A stretch of DNA of 64,000 bases, from the NCBI GenBank assembly GCA_965222075.1, contig OZ244937.1, positions 4,288,001 to 4,352,000 of the forward strand. The letters run 5' to 3'. This document shows positions 10,898 through 20,923 of this stretch, one piece after another. The notes beneath the pieces are model-generated. The model saw nothing but the letters and a program-made list of their open reading frames with translations, did no database searches and had not been told where the DNA came from. Both the position numbers and the translations under genes were made by a program. The DNA comes from Candidatus Latescibacterota bacterium. GTDB lineage: Bacteria; Latescibacterota; UBA2968; GCA-2709665. Position 1 is the stretch's first letter. Each line of letters opens with the position of its first letter.

Positions 10898-11995
10898 ATG
10901 CCAACCTCATCCGTAACCGTCCTGGGCGGCGGCAACACCGCCTTCTCTGTGGCTGCCAACCTGACTCTAAAAGGTGTTGACGTCACCCTCTACGAAATTT
11001 CGGGCTTTAAAGGCGCACTGAACCCGATAAAGGAATCGGGCGTCATCCACCTGGTCGGCGTCGGCGAACAGGGTGCGGCAAGAATCCACCGTATCACGAC
11101 CGACGTTGGTGAGGCCTTAAACGCCTCCGACCTCGCCCTCCTCATCGTGCCGGCCTACGCCCATAAGCCCTTCGCCGAAGTCTGCGCCCCTCACCTCCGG
11201 GTCGGGCAGACCGTTGTCCTCATGCCCGGCACCCTCGGCATCCTCGAATGGGCGCGCATCCTCCGCGAGGCCGGAACCGGCGGTGTCACCCTCGCCGAGG
11301 TGGACACCGCCCCTTACGTCTGCCGAAAAACCGCCCCCGACACCGCCACCATCTGGGGCATCGTCTCTGGTCTGGGCCTGGGGGTGCTGCCTGCCACACA
11401 GACGGAACGCGTATTGGAGCAGATCGCCCCTCTCTTTCCGGGTATCTCCCCTTACCCCGACGCCATGGCCTGCGGTCTGGCCGCCATGAACCCGGTGGTC
11501 CACCCCGCAGGCGTCCTGCTCAACGCCGGGCGCGTGGAGTATTCACACGGCCAGTTCTACTTCTACGAAGAAGGCGTCACCCCCTCTGTGGCAAAGGTCA
11601 TCATGCAGGTCGACGCGGAACGCCGGGCGATCGCCAGTGCCCTCGGCTACAACCTCTGTCCCGCAGACGAGGCCTTTCACAGGGCCGGGTTCGGGCCCAG
11701 GGGAGATCTCTGGGCCACCATCAACGGCTCCTACATGCTCACCCGCCTCAAGGCCCCCGGCTCCTTGGACAGCCGGTGGCTCACCGAAGACATCCCCTAC
11801 GGTCTGGCGGCCTGGAGTTCGGTCGGCGCTCAGTATAATGTAGAAACGCCCACCATGAGGGCGCTGGTGGACATCGGATCTGTTGTGATGGGATTGGACG
11901 GCTGGGCAGCCGGCCGGGGTGTGGGTGAACTCGGGATCGCGGGAATGGATCGCCAGAGGTTAACAGCGTTCCTTCAGAGTGGGGAAACGGGATAG
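10898..11995 (+). CDS. NAD/NADP-dependent opine (octopine/nopaline) dehydrogenase family
   Basis: VLGGGN Rossmann motif, NPVVHP..LLN, FYEEG.T, RWLTEDIPYGL. Confidence 0.88.
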   Translation: MPTSSVTVLGGGNTAFSVAANLTLKGVDVTLYEISGFKGALNPIKESGVIHLVGVGEQGAARIHRITTDVGEALNASDLALLIVPAYAHKPFAEVCAPHLRVGQTVVLMPGTLGILEWARILREAGTGGVTLAEVDTAPYVCRKTAPDTATIWGIVSGLGLGVLPATQTERVLEQIAPLFPGISPYPDAMACGLAAMNPVVHPAGVLLNAGRVEYSHGQFYFYEEGVTPSVAKVIMQVDAERRAIASALGYNLCPADEAFHRAGFGPRGDLWATINGSYMLTRLKAPGSLDSRWLTEDIPYGLAAWSSVGAQYNVETPTMRALVDIGSVVMGLDGWAAGRGVGELGIAGMDRQRLTAFLQSGETG

Positions 11996-12040
11996 CGGTG
12001 GACCAGAAAACCGATATTGAAATTTTTCAAGAACAACCTG

Positions 12041-13102
12041 TTATCCTATTCCCACCGCCCGCCCTTCTTCTGCCGAGCGATAGATCGCATCCGTAATCTG
12101 CTGCACCACCAGCGCCTCCTCCAGCCCCGTCTTGGGTCGGCGGTTCTCCCGGATCGCCAGGGCAAAATCCCCCACCGGCCCCGCGTGGACCAACCCTGAG
12201 TCTTCGTCCCCCTCCCAGATCGTCTCCGAAACCACCCCTTCCTCCGACGACGCCCGGTTGTAGACGATCCGCTTGCCTTCTCTAACCGGCATATCCAACT
12301 CCAGAGACCCCTCTGTCCCTACAATCTTCCACGCATCCTCTGCCCGGGCCGCGGTCATCTCCCCTCGTTCGAAATGGATCACCGCTCCTCCCTCGCAGCG
12401 GACGATCGCTGCTGCGTGGGTCTCGGCATCGGACCCCGGCGCGGTCAGCGCTTCGAACTTTGGCGGCACTGTCCAGGTCTGTCCCAGCACCAGCTTCGGT
12501 CTGAGCGACCAGCCCGTAACCCCCAGCAGGTAATCCAGGTCGTAACACCCCCAGTTGGACATAATCCCGCCCCCGTTGAGCACCACCTTCAACCGCCACT
12601 CCGGCGGTGGCGTCTGGGAAGGGCCGCTCCCCGGCCGAATCGCCCGGCACTGAATCATCCTCAACGCGCCCAAGGCGCCCGTGGCAAGAAACTCCGTCAC
12701 TGCATCGGCGGACGGCAGAAACCGGTACCGCGACGAACAGCACCCCGCAACCAGATCCCCCCGCGCCTGGATCAACTGCCGGACCTCGTCCGCATTCATC
12801 GCCACCGGTTTCTCGGTCAGCACGTGTTTGCCCCGCTCAAACGCCCGAAGCCCCAGCCCGGTTCGGATGCAGGCCGGCATCGCCAGCACCACCGCCTCAA
12901 CCCGGCCGTCCTCCAGCAAGTCATCCCCCTGGGCATACACCGTCTCCACCCCGTATTTCTCGGCCATCTCCCGGGCAACCGTCTCGCGCAAATCGGCCAC
13001 GGCCACCACATCGATCGCCGTCGAATCCGTAGCCGCCTCCAAGTGCCTCCGGCCGATCACACCGCACCCGATAATCCCCAGACGCACAGGTTCCATTGCC
13101 AT
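12041..13102 (-). CDS. Gfo/Idh/MocA oxidoreductase
   Basis: GIIGCGVIG, GKHVLTEKPVA, GGG motifs. Confidence 0.9.
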   Translation of the reverse strand: MAMEPVRLGIIGCGVIGRRHLEAATDSTAIDVVAVADLRETVAREMAEKYGVETVYAQGDDLLEDGRVEAVVLAMPACIRTGLGLRAFERGKHVLTEKPVAMNADEVRQLIQARGDLVAGCCSSRYRFLPSADAVTEFLATGALGALRMIQCRAIRPGSGPSQTPPPEWRLKVVLNGGGIMSNWGCYDLDYLLGVTGWSLRPKLVLGQTWTVPPKFEALTAPGSDAETHAAAIVRCEGGAVIHFERGEMTAARAEDAWKIVGTEGSLELDMPVREGKRIVYNRASSEEGVVSETIWEGDEDSGLVHAGPVGDFALAIRENRRPKTGLEEALVVQQITDAIYRSAEEGRAVGIG

Positions 13103-13132
13103 GCCCTTTCCGTCTCCCCCGTAGGGGTGCCT

Positions 13133-13735
13133 TTACCGCTTTCCCTGCAACCGCTCCTCCCGCATCGCTCGGGATCGGTCGTAATAGGTCCAGAGGTCTT
13201 CCAGATCGAACTCCCGTTCAACATCCTCCACCGTCACATCCTCCATCAGCGACTCCATCACAAACGTCGCTTCGGGTCTCAGGATCGAGAACCGCACCCC
13301 GGGGCCGTATTTTGCCTCAACAGCCCCCAGCTTCGCCTGATTGAAATCTAAGTGATACGCCTTGCAGTCCGTATTGACGTCTGCAAATGCAAAAGGCGAC
13401 AGGTCGCCCTTGTCCACCAGAGTCTCCTGGTATCCCTGCCAGGCCAGACGTCGGCCGCACATATCCACAATCACACTCTCTTTAGACTGGCTCACCACCA
13501 GAAAAACCCCGTAGTCCCGGGCCCAGGCCCCGTGGCGCTGTCCGCCGTGAAACATGCTCGGAAAAAACACGATGCGCGCCCCGGCCCGGGCAAGCATCAT
13601 CGCTACCTCCGGGAACTTCAGGTCAAAACAGATACACATCCCCACCCGTCCACAGTCCGTCTCCCACGTTGGCGCCTCCGTACCGGGAAGCGTCCCATTG
13701 TTCATCTCCGTCATCGTCGGCTGAACCTTCCGGGG
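13133..13735 (-). pseudogene. Carbon-nitrogen hydrolase (nitrilase family), 5'-truncated remnant
   Basis: RKVQPT (catalytic Lys region) and GMCICFDLKFPE (catalytic Cys) present; the catalytic-Glu N-terminal part is replaced by the 3' end of the upstream PhyH gene. Confidence 0.65.
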
Positions 13736-14580
13736 GTTCGGGTTCTCTCGTATTCTACGTTTGGGTCGGCCTTCGGCCTTGCCACGCCTCGGATTACGTC
13801 TGGAATTTCTCCTTTCCACCAGGTCGGCGGATCGGGGAAGGGGAAGACCGAATGCCATTGCAGCAGGAGGGTCCGACGCTTACCGGTCCGATTCGGCCAG
13901 GCTGCGTGGAGCACACGGGCGTCTGCGATCACCAGATCTTCAGACTTGACCGGGACATCCACAGCATTGGGGTGGTCCATAAAAGCCGGGTGTGACAAAT
14001 CTTCGACCGCCTGGATCTCCTCGCCGTGCGCCGCAGGCAGGAAATCGTGCAGATCAATCCGCATGTGATGCGTACCCGGAATAACCCGGAGGCACCCGTT
14101 TTCCCGTGTCGTATTCGTCAGATAATAAGACAGGAAAATCCGTGTGGGCCACCGGGACGCGGCCTCAGGGTGGTTCCAGTTCGTAAAGTCCTGGTGCCAG
14201 TACAGGGGCGGGCCGTGAGGGGGTTTGGATAACAGGATGATTTTGTCGTCGGCCCGCTGGCCTTCCAGCCCGAGCAATCGGCATGCTTCCCACTGTTCTG
14301 GAAGATCGATAATGCGTTCTACAATCGGATCGGATAACTGGCGCTCGTCCGGCGTCTGGCCTTTAGGGGTGCGCCATTTCCGCTGGGTGGACACGTGGAT
14401 GTCGCTTCCCTGGTAGCGGTATTTTGGATTGACGGGCACGCGGTCGAAGATGTCCTCGGACCAGTGGCGTAATTCGTCGAGAAACGGGTTCTGCAAAACT
14501 CCCGGAACCACGGTATATCCCAGCTCCACCAACTCCTGCCGCTTTTGCAGTGCCTCTTTGGGGGTAAGAATCGACATCAT
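13711..14580 (-). CDS. Phytanoyl-CoA dioxygenase (PhyH) family Fe/2OG enzyme
   Basis: WHQD, NGCLRVIPGTH, LHAAWPN..R motifs. Confidence 0.88.
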   Translation of the reverse strand: MMSILTPKEALQKRQELVELGYTVVPGVLQNPFLDELRHWSEDIFDRVPVNPKYRYQGSDIHVSTQRKWRTPKGQTPDERQLSDPIVERIIDLPEQWEACRLLGLEGQRADDKIILLSKPPHGPPLYWHQDFTNWNHPEAASRWPTRIFLSYYLTNTTRENGCLRVIPGTHHMRIDLHDFLPAAHGEEIQAVEDLSHPAFMDHPNAVDVPVKSEDLVIADARVLHAAWPNRTGKRRTLLLQWHSVFPFPDPPTWWKGEIPDVIRGVARPKADPNVEYERTRTPGRFSRR

Positions 14581-14622
14581 ATCCTCATGCGTCCTGGTTT
14601 TAAAACAACCTCTCCCGAATAT

Positions 14623-15600
14623 CTACCGGTCGCCATAATAATGTTTCAAACATTCGTTCATTACCCACGCTGTCCGCGCCCCGCTCTCCCCGGTCGATTC
14701 ACAGACTCCTTTTCTCAAAAGCTGGTCCACCACCGTCTGGACCAGCGGTTGGTGTACGTGGAGCGGATTTCGAAACTCCAGAATCTCCTCTTTGCCCTCC
14801 TTTTTAACCGTGATCCCCGTATCGGAAAAAACCGGACACTGCAGTTCCCCTTCCGACCCGGTAAACGTGATCCGATCTTCTTCGTGGTCCGCATTGAAAT
14901 TCCAGACCCCCGTGCCCACACTCCCCGGCTCGAACTCGAAACAGGCCGCCGTCACATCCTCGGCCCGATACGCCCCTCCCGTATTCACGGAGAAGCCCCC
15001 CACCGCCTTGATGGGGCCCACCAGAAAATCGAGCAGGTCCAGTCCATGAGACCCAAGATCCGTAAACAGCCCGCCGCCCGCAATAGAGGGGTCGTAACGC
15101 CAGCCCAGCGCCTGCTCGCCCGTATCCAGCGGCCCGTACTGGACGATATGCACAGAACTCAACGTCCCCAATACCCTTTCTCGCAGCAGTTCCCGAACCT
15201 TTAAAAACCGGGGAAGGCCGCGGCGGTAATACGCCACAAAAAGTGGCGCCCCCTTCGCCTTGAACGCCTCCACCATCCTGGTGCATTCCGCATGGGTCAT
15301 CGCCATCGGCTTTTCAACTAAGCAGGGCTTGCCGGCCTCTGCAACCTTCAACGCCAGCTCGCAGTGGGAAGACGGAGGCGTTGCAACATAAACCGCATCC
15401 ACCTCAGCATCGGCAATCAAATCCTCCGCCCGGCCGTAGGACCGGGGCACGCCGTGCCGCTGCGCATAATCGGCCGCTTTCTTCTCATCCCGCCGCATCA
15501 CCGCCACAAGCGCCGAACCTTCCGCCTTCTGAAACCCCGGCCCGCTCTTCACCTCCGTCACATCCCCGCATCCGATAATCCCCCATCTGACAGTCTCCAT
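14623..15600 (-). CDS. Gfo/Idh/MocA oxidoreductase
   Basis: WGIIGCGDVTEVKSGP, VEKPMA, GGG..D..SH..D. Confidence 0.9.
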   Translation of the reverse strand: METVRWGIIGCGDVTEVKSGPGFQKAEGSALVAVMRRDEKKAADYAQRHGVPRSYGRAEDLIADAEVDAVYVATPPSSHCELALKVAEAGKPCLVEKPMAMTHAECTRMVEAFKAKGAPLFVAYYRRGLPRFLKVRELLRERVLGTLSSVHIVQYGPLDTGEQALGWRYDPSIAGGGLFTDLGSHGLDLLDFLVGPIKAVGGFSVNTGGAYRAEDVTAACFEFEPGSVGTGVWNFNADHEEDRITFTGSEGELQCPVFSDTGITVKKEGKEEILEFRNPLHVHQPLVQTVVDQLLRKGVCESTGESGARTAWVMNECLKHYYGDR

Positions 15601-15921
15601 TTCACCTTCCTTTCACCACTTATTATGAAACTGGCATCTTTCTCCACGCAGCCAATTTCCAAGATAACGCTTTTGCGACGGATTTCCAAGCGCTCCACAC
15701 CTCCGAGAAAAAGAAACGCATCTCCACGATCAGGAAGAGAAAATAGACTGGATTTAAGTCTCCCAAAATGGTACCTTGGGTTCTACAGAGTGGCTCTTGA
15801 CGTTGGGTTTTCCCCTCTCTCTTCTGCACGTTATCTGTGTCTACCTGTGTTCATCAGTGGTCGCTTTTGCCTTTCTCTGCCGTCCAACCCACTCATCAGA
15901 AAGGAACAGAAAGGAACAGAG

Positions 15922-16725
15922 ATGGAAACGTCCGAACCAACCGTCCAGCAGTTATTCGACCTGACCGGGAAAGTTGCGCTCATCACCGGCGGCACAGGCT
16001 ACCTGGGCTCGACCATGGCTCGGGCCCTGGCCGAAGCCGGCGCATCGGTCGTCATCAGCAGCCGGGACCGCAGCCGGGCGCAGGCCGCCATGGAGACGCT
16101 GCCCAGGGCAGGCGGCGCGGAGCACTTCGGCGTCCTGCTGGATCATATGGAACCGTCGTCCGTCGAATCCGGTTTTGCCGAAGCGGTCGAGTCCGCTGGA
16201 AAGGTCGATATCCTGGTCAACAACGGGAACGAAGCGCAGGCCAACGACTGGACCAGCGTCACGCATGAACAGTTCACCCGCCAACTCGCCAACGCGTCGG
16301 GATATTTCACACTTGCCCGCCTCCTTCGAAACCACGCTGTCGAACGCAGCGCCCCGGCAAGCATCGTCATGCTTGGCTCCATGTACGGCCAGGTCGCCTC
16401 CTATCCCGATGCCTACGAAGGGGTCTGCAACGCCAGCCCCGCCGGCTACCATGCGCTCAAAGGCGGGATCATCCACCTGACGCGTCACCTGGCCATCTAC
16501 TGGGCCCGCGACAACGTACGCGTCAACTGCCTCAGTCCCGGTCCATTCCCCAACAACCCAAAGGTCCAGTTAGAATTGGTAAAACGCCTGTGTGTCAAAA
16601 GCCCGATGGTGCGCATGGGCCTTCCCTATGAACTCAAAGGCGCCATCCTGTTCCTCGCCAGCGACGCCAGCAGCTACATGACCGGCCAGAACCTCACCAT
16701 CGACGGCGGCTGGACCGCCTGGTAA
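15922..16725 (+). CDS. Short-chain dehydrogenase/reductase
   Basis: TGGTGYLG, LVNN, YHALK (YxxxK), TGQNLTIDGG. Confidence 0.9.
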   Translation: METSEPTVQQLFDLTGKVALITGGTGYLGSTMARALAEAGASVVISSRDRSRAQAAMETLPRAGGAEHFGVLLDHMEPSSVESGFAEAVESAGKVDILVNNGNEAQANDWTSVTHEQFTRQLANASGYFTLARLLRNHAVERSAPASIVMLGSMYGQVASYPDAYEGVCNASPAGYHALKGGIIHLTRHLAIYWARDNVRVNCLSPGPFPNNPKVQLELVKRLCVKSPMVRMGLPYELKGAILFLASDASSYMTGQNLTIDGGWTAW

Positions 16726-16739
16726 AAGGAGATCTCATC

Positions 16740-18092
16740 ATGGCAGAACAGATTGCCGCACCGGTAAAACACTCGGTAAGACGTTCGATGGAAGTCTTCG
16801 AAAGGGCACAGCAGGTGATCCCCGGCGCCACCCAGTTGATCAGCCGTCGCCCGACCCGTGCGGCCTTAGGCTTCAGCCCCATCTATGCCGAACGCGCCAA
16901 AGGGTGCCGCATCTGGGACATCGACGGCAACGAATACGTGGACTGGATGAGCGCCGTCGGCCCCATTATCCTGGGATATGCGGATGACGCCGTGGACAGC
17001 GCCGTGAAAGAGCAGATCGCTAAAGGATCGATTTACAGCATCGTACACGAAACTGCGGTGGAACTGGCCGAGGAACTCGTGCGCCTCATCCCCTCCGCCG
17101 AGATGGTGCGCTACGCCAAGGGAGGCGGGGAAGCCTGCACCGTCGCGGTGCGCATCGCCCGCGGCGTCACCAGCAGAGACAAGGTCCTCTTCTCCGGCTA
17201 CCATGGCTGGCACGACTGGTACCTGGCGGCGAACCTGGTCGGTGAAAGGCTGGACACCCACCTCCTGCCCGGCATCGAACCCATCGGCGTGCCCAGCGTC
17301 CTGGAAGGCACAACCATTCCCTTTCAATACGGCGACCTGGACATGCTGGAAGACCTGTTAAAGCGACACGACGGCGACGTCGCCTGCATCATCATGGAAC
17401 CTATGCGCACGGAATTGCCCCCCGAAGGCTATCTGGAAGGGGTGCGCGAACTGGCCACGCGCTACGGCGTAATCCTCATCTTCGACGAAGTTTCCAGCGG
17501 CTTCCGAATCGCCCTGGGCGGAGTGCAGGAATATACCGGCATCATCCCCGACCTGTCCGTCTTCGCCAAAGCCATCTCCAACGGCTATCCCATGGCGGCG
17601 GTCGTGGGAAAACGGGAAGTCATGGAGATGGTATCCCGCATGTTCATCTCCAGCGCCTACTGGGACGACAACATCGGTGTTGTGGCTGCGCTCACCACCC
17701 TCAAGGAACTCCAGCGCCGCAATGCCGTGGCCCATTTCGAAAAGGTCGGATCGTCGTTCAGTGAACGGATCAACCGGGTCGCCCGGGAAGTCGGACTGGA
17801 TGCAAAGTGCGTGGGCGTCGCCGCGCATCCGGGCATCCGGTTCAACGTGGAGGGTGCGGAAACGGCCAAAAAGGTCACCACCCTCTTCATCCAGGAGAAC
17901 GCCCGCAGGGGCCTCATCCTCTCCACCGGCTTCTTCTTCAACTGCGCCCACGACGACGCGGCACTGGATAAGACAGAAGCAGTGGTTCGGGAGAGCTTTG
18001 CAGTCGTCAAAGACGGGCTGGAAAACGACCGGCTGGATGAGCTCCTGGAATGTGAGATGCAGGAGGATCTATTCAGGCGGATGGTTCGCTAA
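16740..18092 (+). CDS. Class III PLP aminotransferase (GSA aminomutase-like)
   Basis: WDIDGNEYVD, GYHGWHD, LIFDEV, FAKAISNG. Confidence 0.88.
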   Translation: MAEQIAAPVKHSVRRSMEVFERAQQVIPGATQLISRRPTRAALGFSPIYAERAKGCRIWDIDGNEYVDWMSAVGPIILGYADDAVDSAVKEQIAKGSIYSIVHETAVELAEELVRLIPSAEMVRYAKGGGEACTVAVRIARGVTSRDKVLFSGYHGWHDWYLAANLVGERLDTHLLPGIEPIGVPSVLEGTTIPFQYGDLDMLEDLLKRHDGDVACIIMEPMRTELPPEGYLEGVRELATRYGVILIFDEVSSGFRIALGGVQEYTGIIPDLSVFAKAISNGYPMAAVVGKREVMEMVSRMFISSAYWDDNIGVVAALTTLKELQRRNAVAHFEKVGSSFSERINRVAREVGLDAKCVGVAAHPGIRFNVEGAETAKKVTTLFIQENARRGLILSTGFFFNCAHDDAALDKTEAVVRESFAVVKDGLENDRLDELLECEMQEDLFRRMVR

Positions 18093-18113
18093 GAAAGGCG
18101 GAGGCGAGATCCT

Positions 18114-18218
18114 ATGGGAGAAATCGACTACCGGGACCTCGACCGGGAAATCTGGGAAAATGAACCGGAGGACTTCGTCCCGTCCCAGATCTACGACATG
18201 CACCTCTGGTTGACCTAA
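18114..18218 (+). pseudogene. 34-aa stub resembling the N-terminus of an amidohydrolase
   Basis: GGAGG RBS, then MGEIDYRDLDREIWENEPEDFVPSQIYDMH (start of a D-x-H-x-H motif), then stop. Confidence 0.5.
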
Positions 18219-18257
18219 AAACCCAGGGGCGAGATCACCTCGCCCCTGGGTTCTTTA
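18217..18257. terminator. Bidirectional intrinsic terminator
   Basis: 14-bp stem AACCCAGGGGCGAG/CTCGCCCCTGGGTT with A-run before and T-rich tail after, between convergent operons. Confidence 0.75.
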
Positions 18258-18263
18258 TGTCCT

Positions 18264-18291
18264 ACCGGGCGACCGGCCCGGTCGTCCCTAC
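18264..18291 (-). repeat. GTAG-type REP-like palindrome
   Basis: Minus strand reads GTAG-GGACGACCGG-G-CCGGTCGCCC-GGT. Confidence 0.55.
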
Positions 18292-18352
18292 ACCATCGGT
18301 GTTCATCGGTGGTTGCTTTTCACCGACCTCTAACCCCTGAACCCTGTCCTTT

Positions 18353-19516
18353 TCACGTCTTCTCCATCTTACGCCGCAAAAACGTCGGATACTCTAAGTC
18401 GTCCAGGGACACATCCTTTAAGATATTACCCTCCTTCTCATGCGCTTGGCCCGTCTCTCCATTCCCACCAACCTGCCGCATAAACGCGGGAATATCCCGG
18501 CTCACCTTCCGGTTGGACTCCTGGACCTCCTTGGTGTTCTTGCTCCGGCAATCCTCCACGATCGAAAATCCCGTGGCAATCACAGTCACCTGGAGCCCGT
18601 CGCCCAGGCCGTCGTCTAACACCGTCCCCCAGATAATATTCGCCTCGCTGCCCGCCGCCTCGGTAATCACCGAAACCGCTTCGTTGACCTCAAAAAGCTT
18701 CAAATCGCTCCCCGCCGAAATGTTCACGAGCACCCCTCGGGCCCCATCGATGGAGACATCCTCTAACAGGGGGCTCTTGATCGCCTTCTGCGAGGCCTCC
18801 ACCGCCCGGCTCTCGCCCACCGCAGCCCCTGTGCCCATCATCGCATCGCCCCCCTCCAGCATCACGGTGCGCACATCGCTGAAATCTAAGTTCACCTCTC
18901 CTGGGATCGTAATGAGATCCGAAATCCCCCGCGTCGCCTGCAGCAGAACGTCGTCGGCCATTCGAAATGCCTCGCGCAGCGTCGTATCTGCTGAACTCAC
19001 GGCCAACAGGCGCTGGTTCGGGATCACAATCAGCGTATCCACCGCCTCCTTCAGTTCTGCAATCCCCACCTCCGCATTGCGCATCCGGGGCACACCCTCC
19101 ATCGTAAACGGCTTGGTCACAATCCCCACCGTCAGCGCCCCCGCCTCCCGGCCGATCTCGGCCACCACAGGCGATGCGCCCGTGCCCGTGCCTCCTCCCA
19201 TGCCGGCCGTTATAAAGACCATGTCGGAATCGGCCAAGAGTTCGGTCACCTGTTCCCGGTTCTCCTCAACCGCCTGGCGCCCAACCTCCGGGTTGGCCCC
19301 CGCGCCCAGCCCCTTGGTCGCATTCTGCCCGATCTGAACCCGCCGGGGCGCCTCCGACAACTCCAGATCCTGTATATCCGAGTTGATCGCAATAAACTCC
19401 ACCCCCTGCAGGTCCGCTTCAATCATCCGATTCACTGCGTTGCCCCCCGCGCCCCCCACCCCGACCACCCGTATCTTGGCCTGATTCTCGCTATCTACAA
19501 TCGAAAAAGTAACCAC
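18353..19516 (-). CDS. ftsZ: Cell division protein FtsZ
   Basis: GVGGAGGNAV, GMGGGTGTG signature, C-terminal PTFLRR. Confidence 0.98.
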   Translation of the reverse strand: MVTFSIVDSENQAKIRVVGVGGAGGNAVNRMIEADLQGVEFIAINSDIQDLELSEAPRRVQIGQNATKGLGAGANPEVGRQAVEENREQVTELLADSDMVFITAGMGGGTGTGASPVVAEIGREAGALTVGIVTKPFTMEGVPRMRNAEVGIAELKEAVDTLIVIPNQRLLAVSSADTTLREAFRMADDVLLQATRGISDLITIPGEVNLDFSDVRTVMLEGGDAMMGTGAAVGESRAVEASQKAIKSPLLEDVSIDGARGVLVNISAGSDLKLFEVNEAVSVITEAAGSEANIIWGTVLDDGLGDGLQVTVIATGFSIVEDCRSKNTKEVQESNRKVSRDIPAFMRQVGGNGETGQAHEKEGNILKDVSLDDLEYPTFLRRKMEKT

Positions 19517-19629
19517 CTTATGACCTCCTCTTTGCTGACGAACTGAGAGAACAGAAACAAAAGACTGGAAACTTGCGGAAGCACTCTCTTTTGGGATGGG
19601 CGGGAGGGGCTGACCCCTGGCCCCTGTAT

Positions 19630-20865
19630 TTAGAAAAAGTCCTTTACCCAGTTTTTCATACGACTCAAAATCGCCTCAAAGGAATCGTCGCTGCCTACCC
19701 GCAGCAGATCTTTTCGGTTTTGATGGTGCCCCCCAAAGAGCACAAGCCCCACGCCGGTGGCGTAGATCGGCTGGGTCACGGCGTCCACAAGTCCGACGAC
19801 CCCCCCGGGTGTGCCAAGGCTGACCGGCATCCCGAAGACCTCTTCTGCCAGCTCCACGCACCCCTCCAGCATCGCGCCCCCCCCGGTAATTACCACACCG
19901 GCCGCGAGCAGATCGGCGTAATCGGTGCGGCGGATCTCCCGGTGGACCAGGGCGAAGATCTCCTCCATCCGCGCCTCAATAATGGCAGTCAGCTCCGCCC
20001 GGGGAACGTGGTACGAGGGGCGTCCGGCCAACCCGGGGACCTCGATCGCTTCCTCTTTGCTCACCAGCGAGCAGAGCGCACAGCCGTGCGCCCGCTTGAT
20101 CTCTTCGGCCTGCTTCCAGGGGGTGCGCAGCCCAATCGATACATCGTGGGTCACATTCTCTCCCCCCAGGCCCACCACCGCCGTATGCCGGATGCTCCCA
20201 TCGTAAAACACGGCCAGATCGGTCGTGCCGCCGCCCACATCGATCAGCGCCACGCCCATCTCTTCTTCCTCCGGAGAAAGCACCGCATAGCTGGATGCAA
20301 GGGGCTCCAAAACCAAGTCCACCACCTCCACACCTGCGCGCCGGATGCTCTTGCAGATATTCTGGGCGGACGTAACCGCGCCCGTTACAATGTGCACATC
20401 CGCCTCTAAGCGCACGCCCGACATCCCGATGGGATCTTTCACCCCAGGCTGATCGTCCACCACAAACGATTGGGGAAGCACGTGGATAATCTCCCGGTCC
20501 ATTGGGATGGAAACCGCCTTGGCCGTCTCGATCACCCGGTCCTCGTCGTGGGCCGTAATCTCGTTGTCAGGGCTTGATACCGCAATCACGCCCCGGCAGT
20601 TCAGGCTCCGGATGTGATCGCCGGCAATCCCCGCATACACCGCCGCAATCCGGGCATCGGACATCCATTCGGCCTCCTCAATTGCCCGCTGGATCGACCG
20701 GACGGTCTTCTCCACATTCACCACAACGCCCCGTTTTAACCCATCCGAAGGGCTGCTCCCCACACCGGTGACCTTGAGCTGTCCGCCCTCTTCTGCCTCG
20801 GCCACAATCGCACAAATCTTGGTGGTCCCGATGTCGAGTCCAACAATCCGATCGACTTTGACCAT
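19630..20865 (-). CDS. ftsA: Cell division protein FtsA
   Basis: GLDIGTTK, DVGGGTTD, TGGGA; adjacent to ftsZ. Confidence 0.97.
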   Translation of the reverse strand: MVKVDRIVGLDIGTTKICAIVAEAEEGGQLKVTGVGSSPSDGLKRGVVVNVEKTVRSIQRAIEEAEWMSDARIAAVYAGIAGDHIRSLNCRGVIAVSSPDNEITAHDEDRVIETAKAVSIPMDREIIHVLPQSFVVDDQPGVKDPIGMSGVRLEADVHIVTGAVTSAQNICKSIRRAGVEVVDLVLEPLASSYAVLSPEEEEMGVALIDVGGGTTDLAVFYDGSIRHTAVVGLGGENVTHDVSIGLRTPWKQAEEIKRAHGCALCSLVSKEEAIEVPGLAGRPSYHVPRAELTAIIEARMEEIFALVHREIRRTDYADLLAAGVVITGGGAMLEGCVELAEEVFGMPVSLGTPGGVVGLVDAVTQPIYATGVGLVLFGGHHQNRKDLLRVGSDDSFEAILSRMKNWVKDFF

Positions 20866-20923
20866 TTGCCATGTCCTTTCAAAGGGTTACCAGAACAAAC
20901 CGCGTCTCCCATGCGGGAGAGGG

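Noticed and set aside
16740-18092. Calling the aminotransferase hemL
   Set aside because: Context (SDR operon) and motifs fit GSA-aminomutase-like paralogs; specific function cannot be supported.
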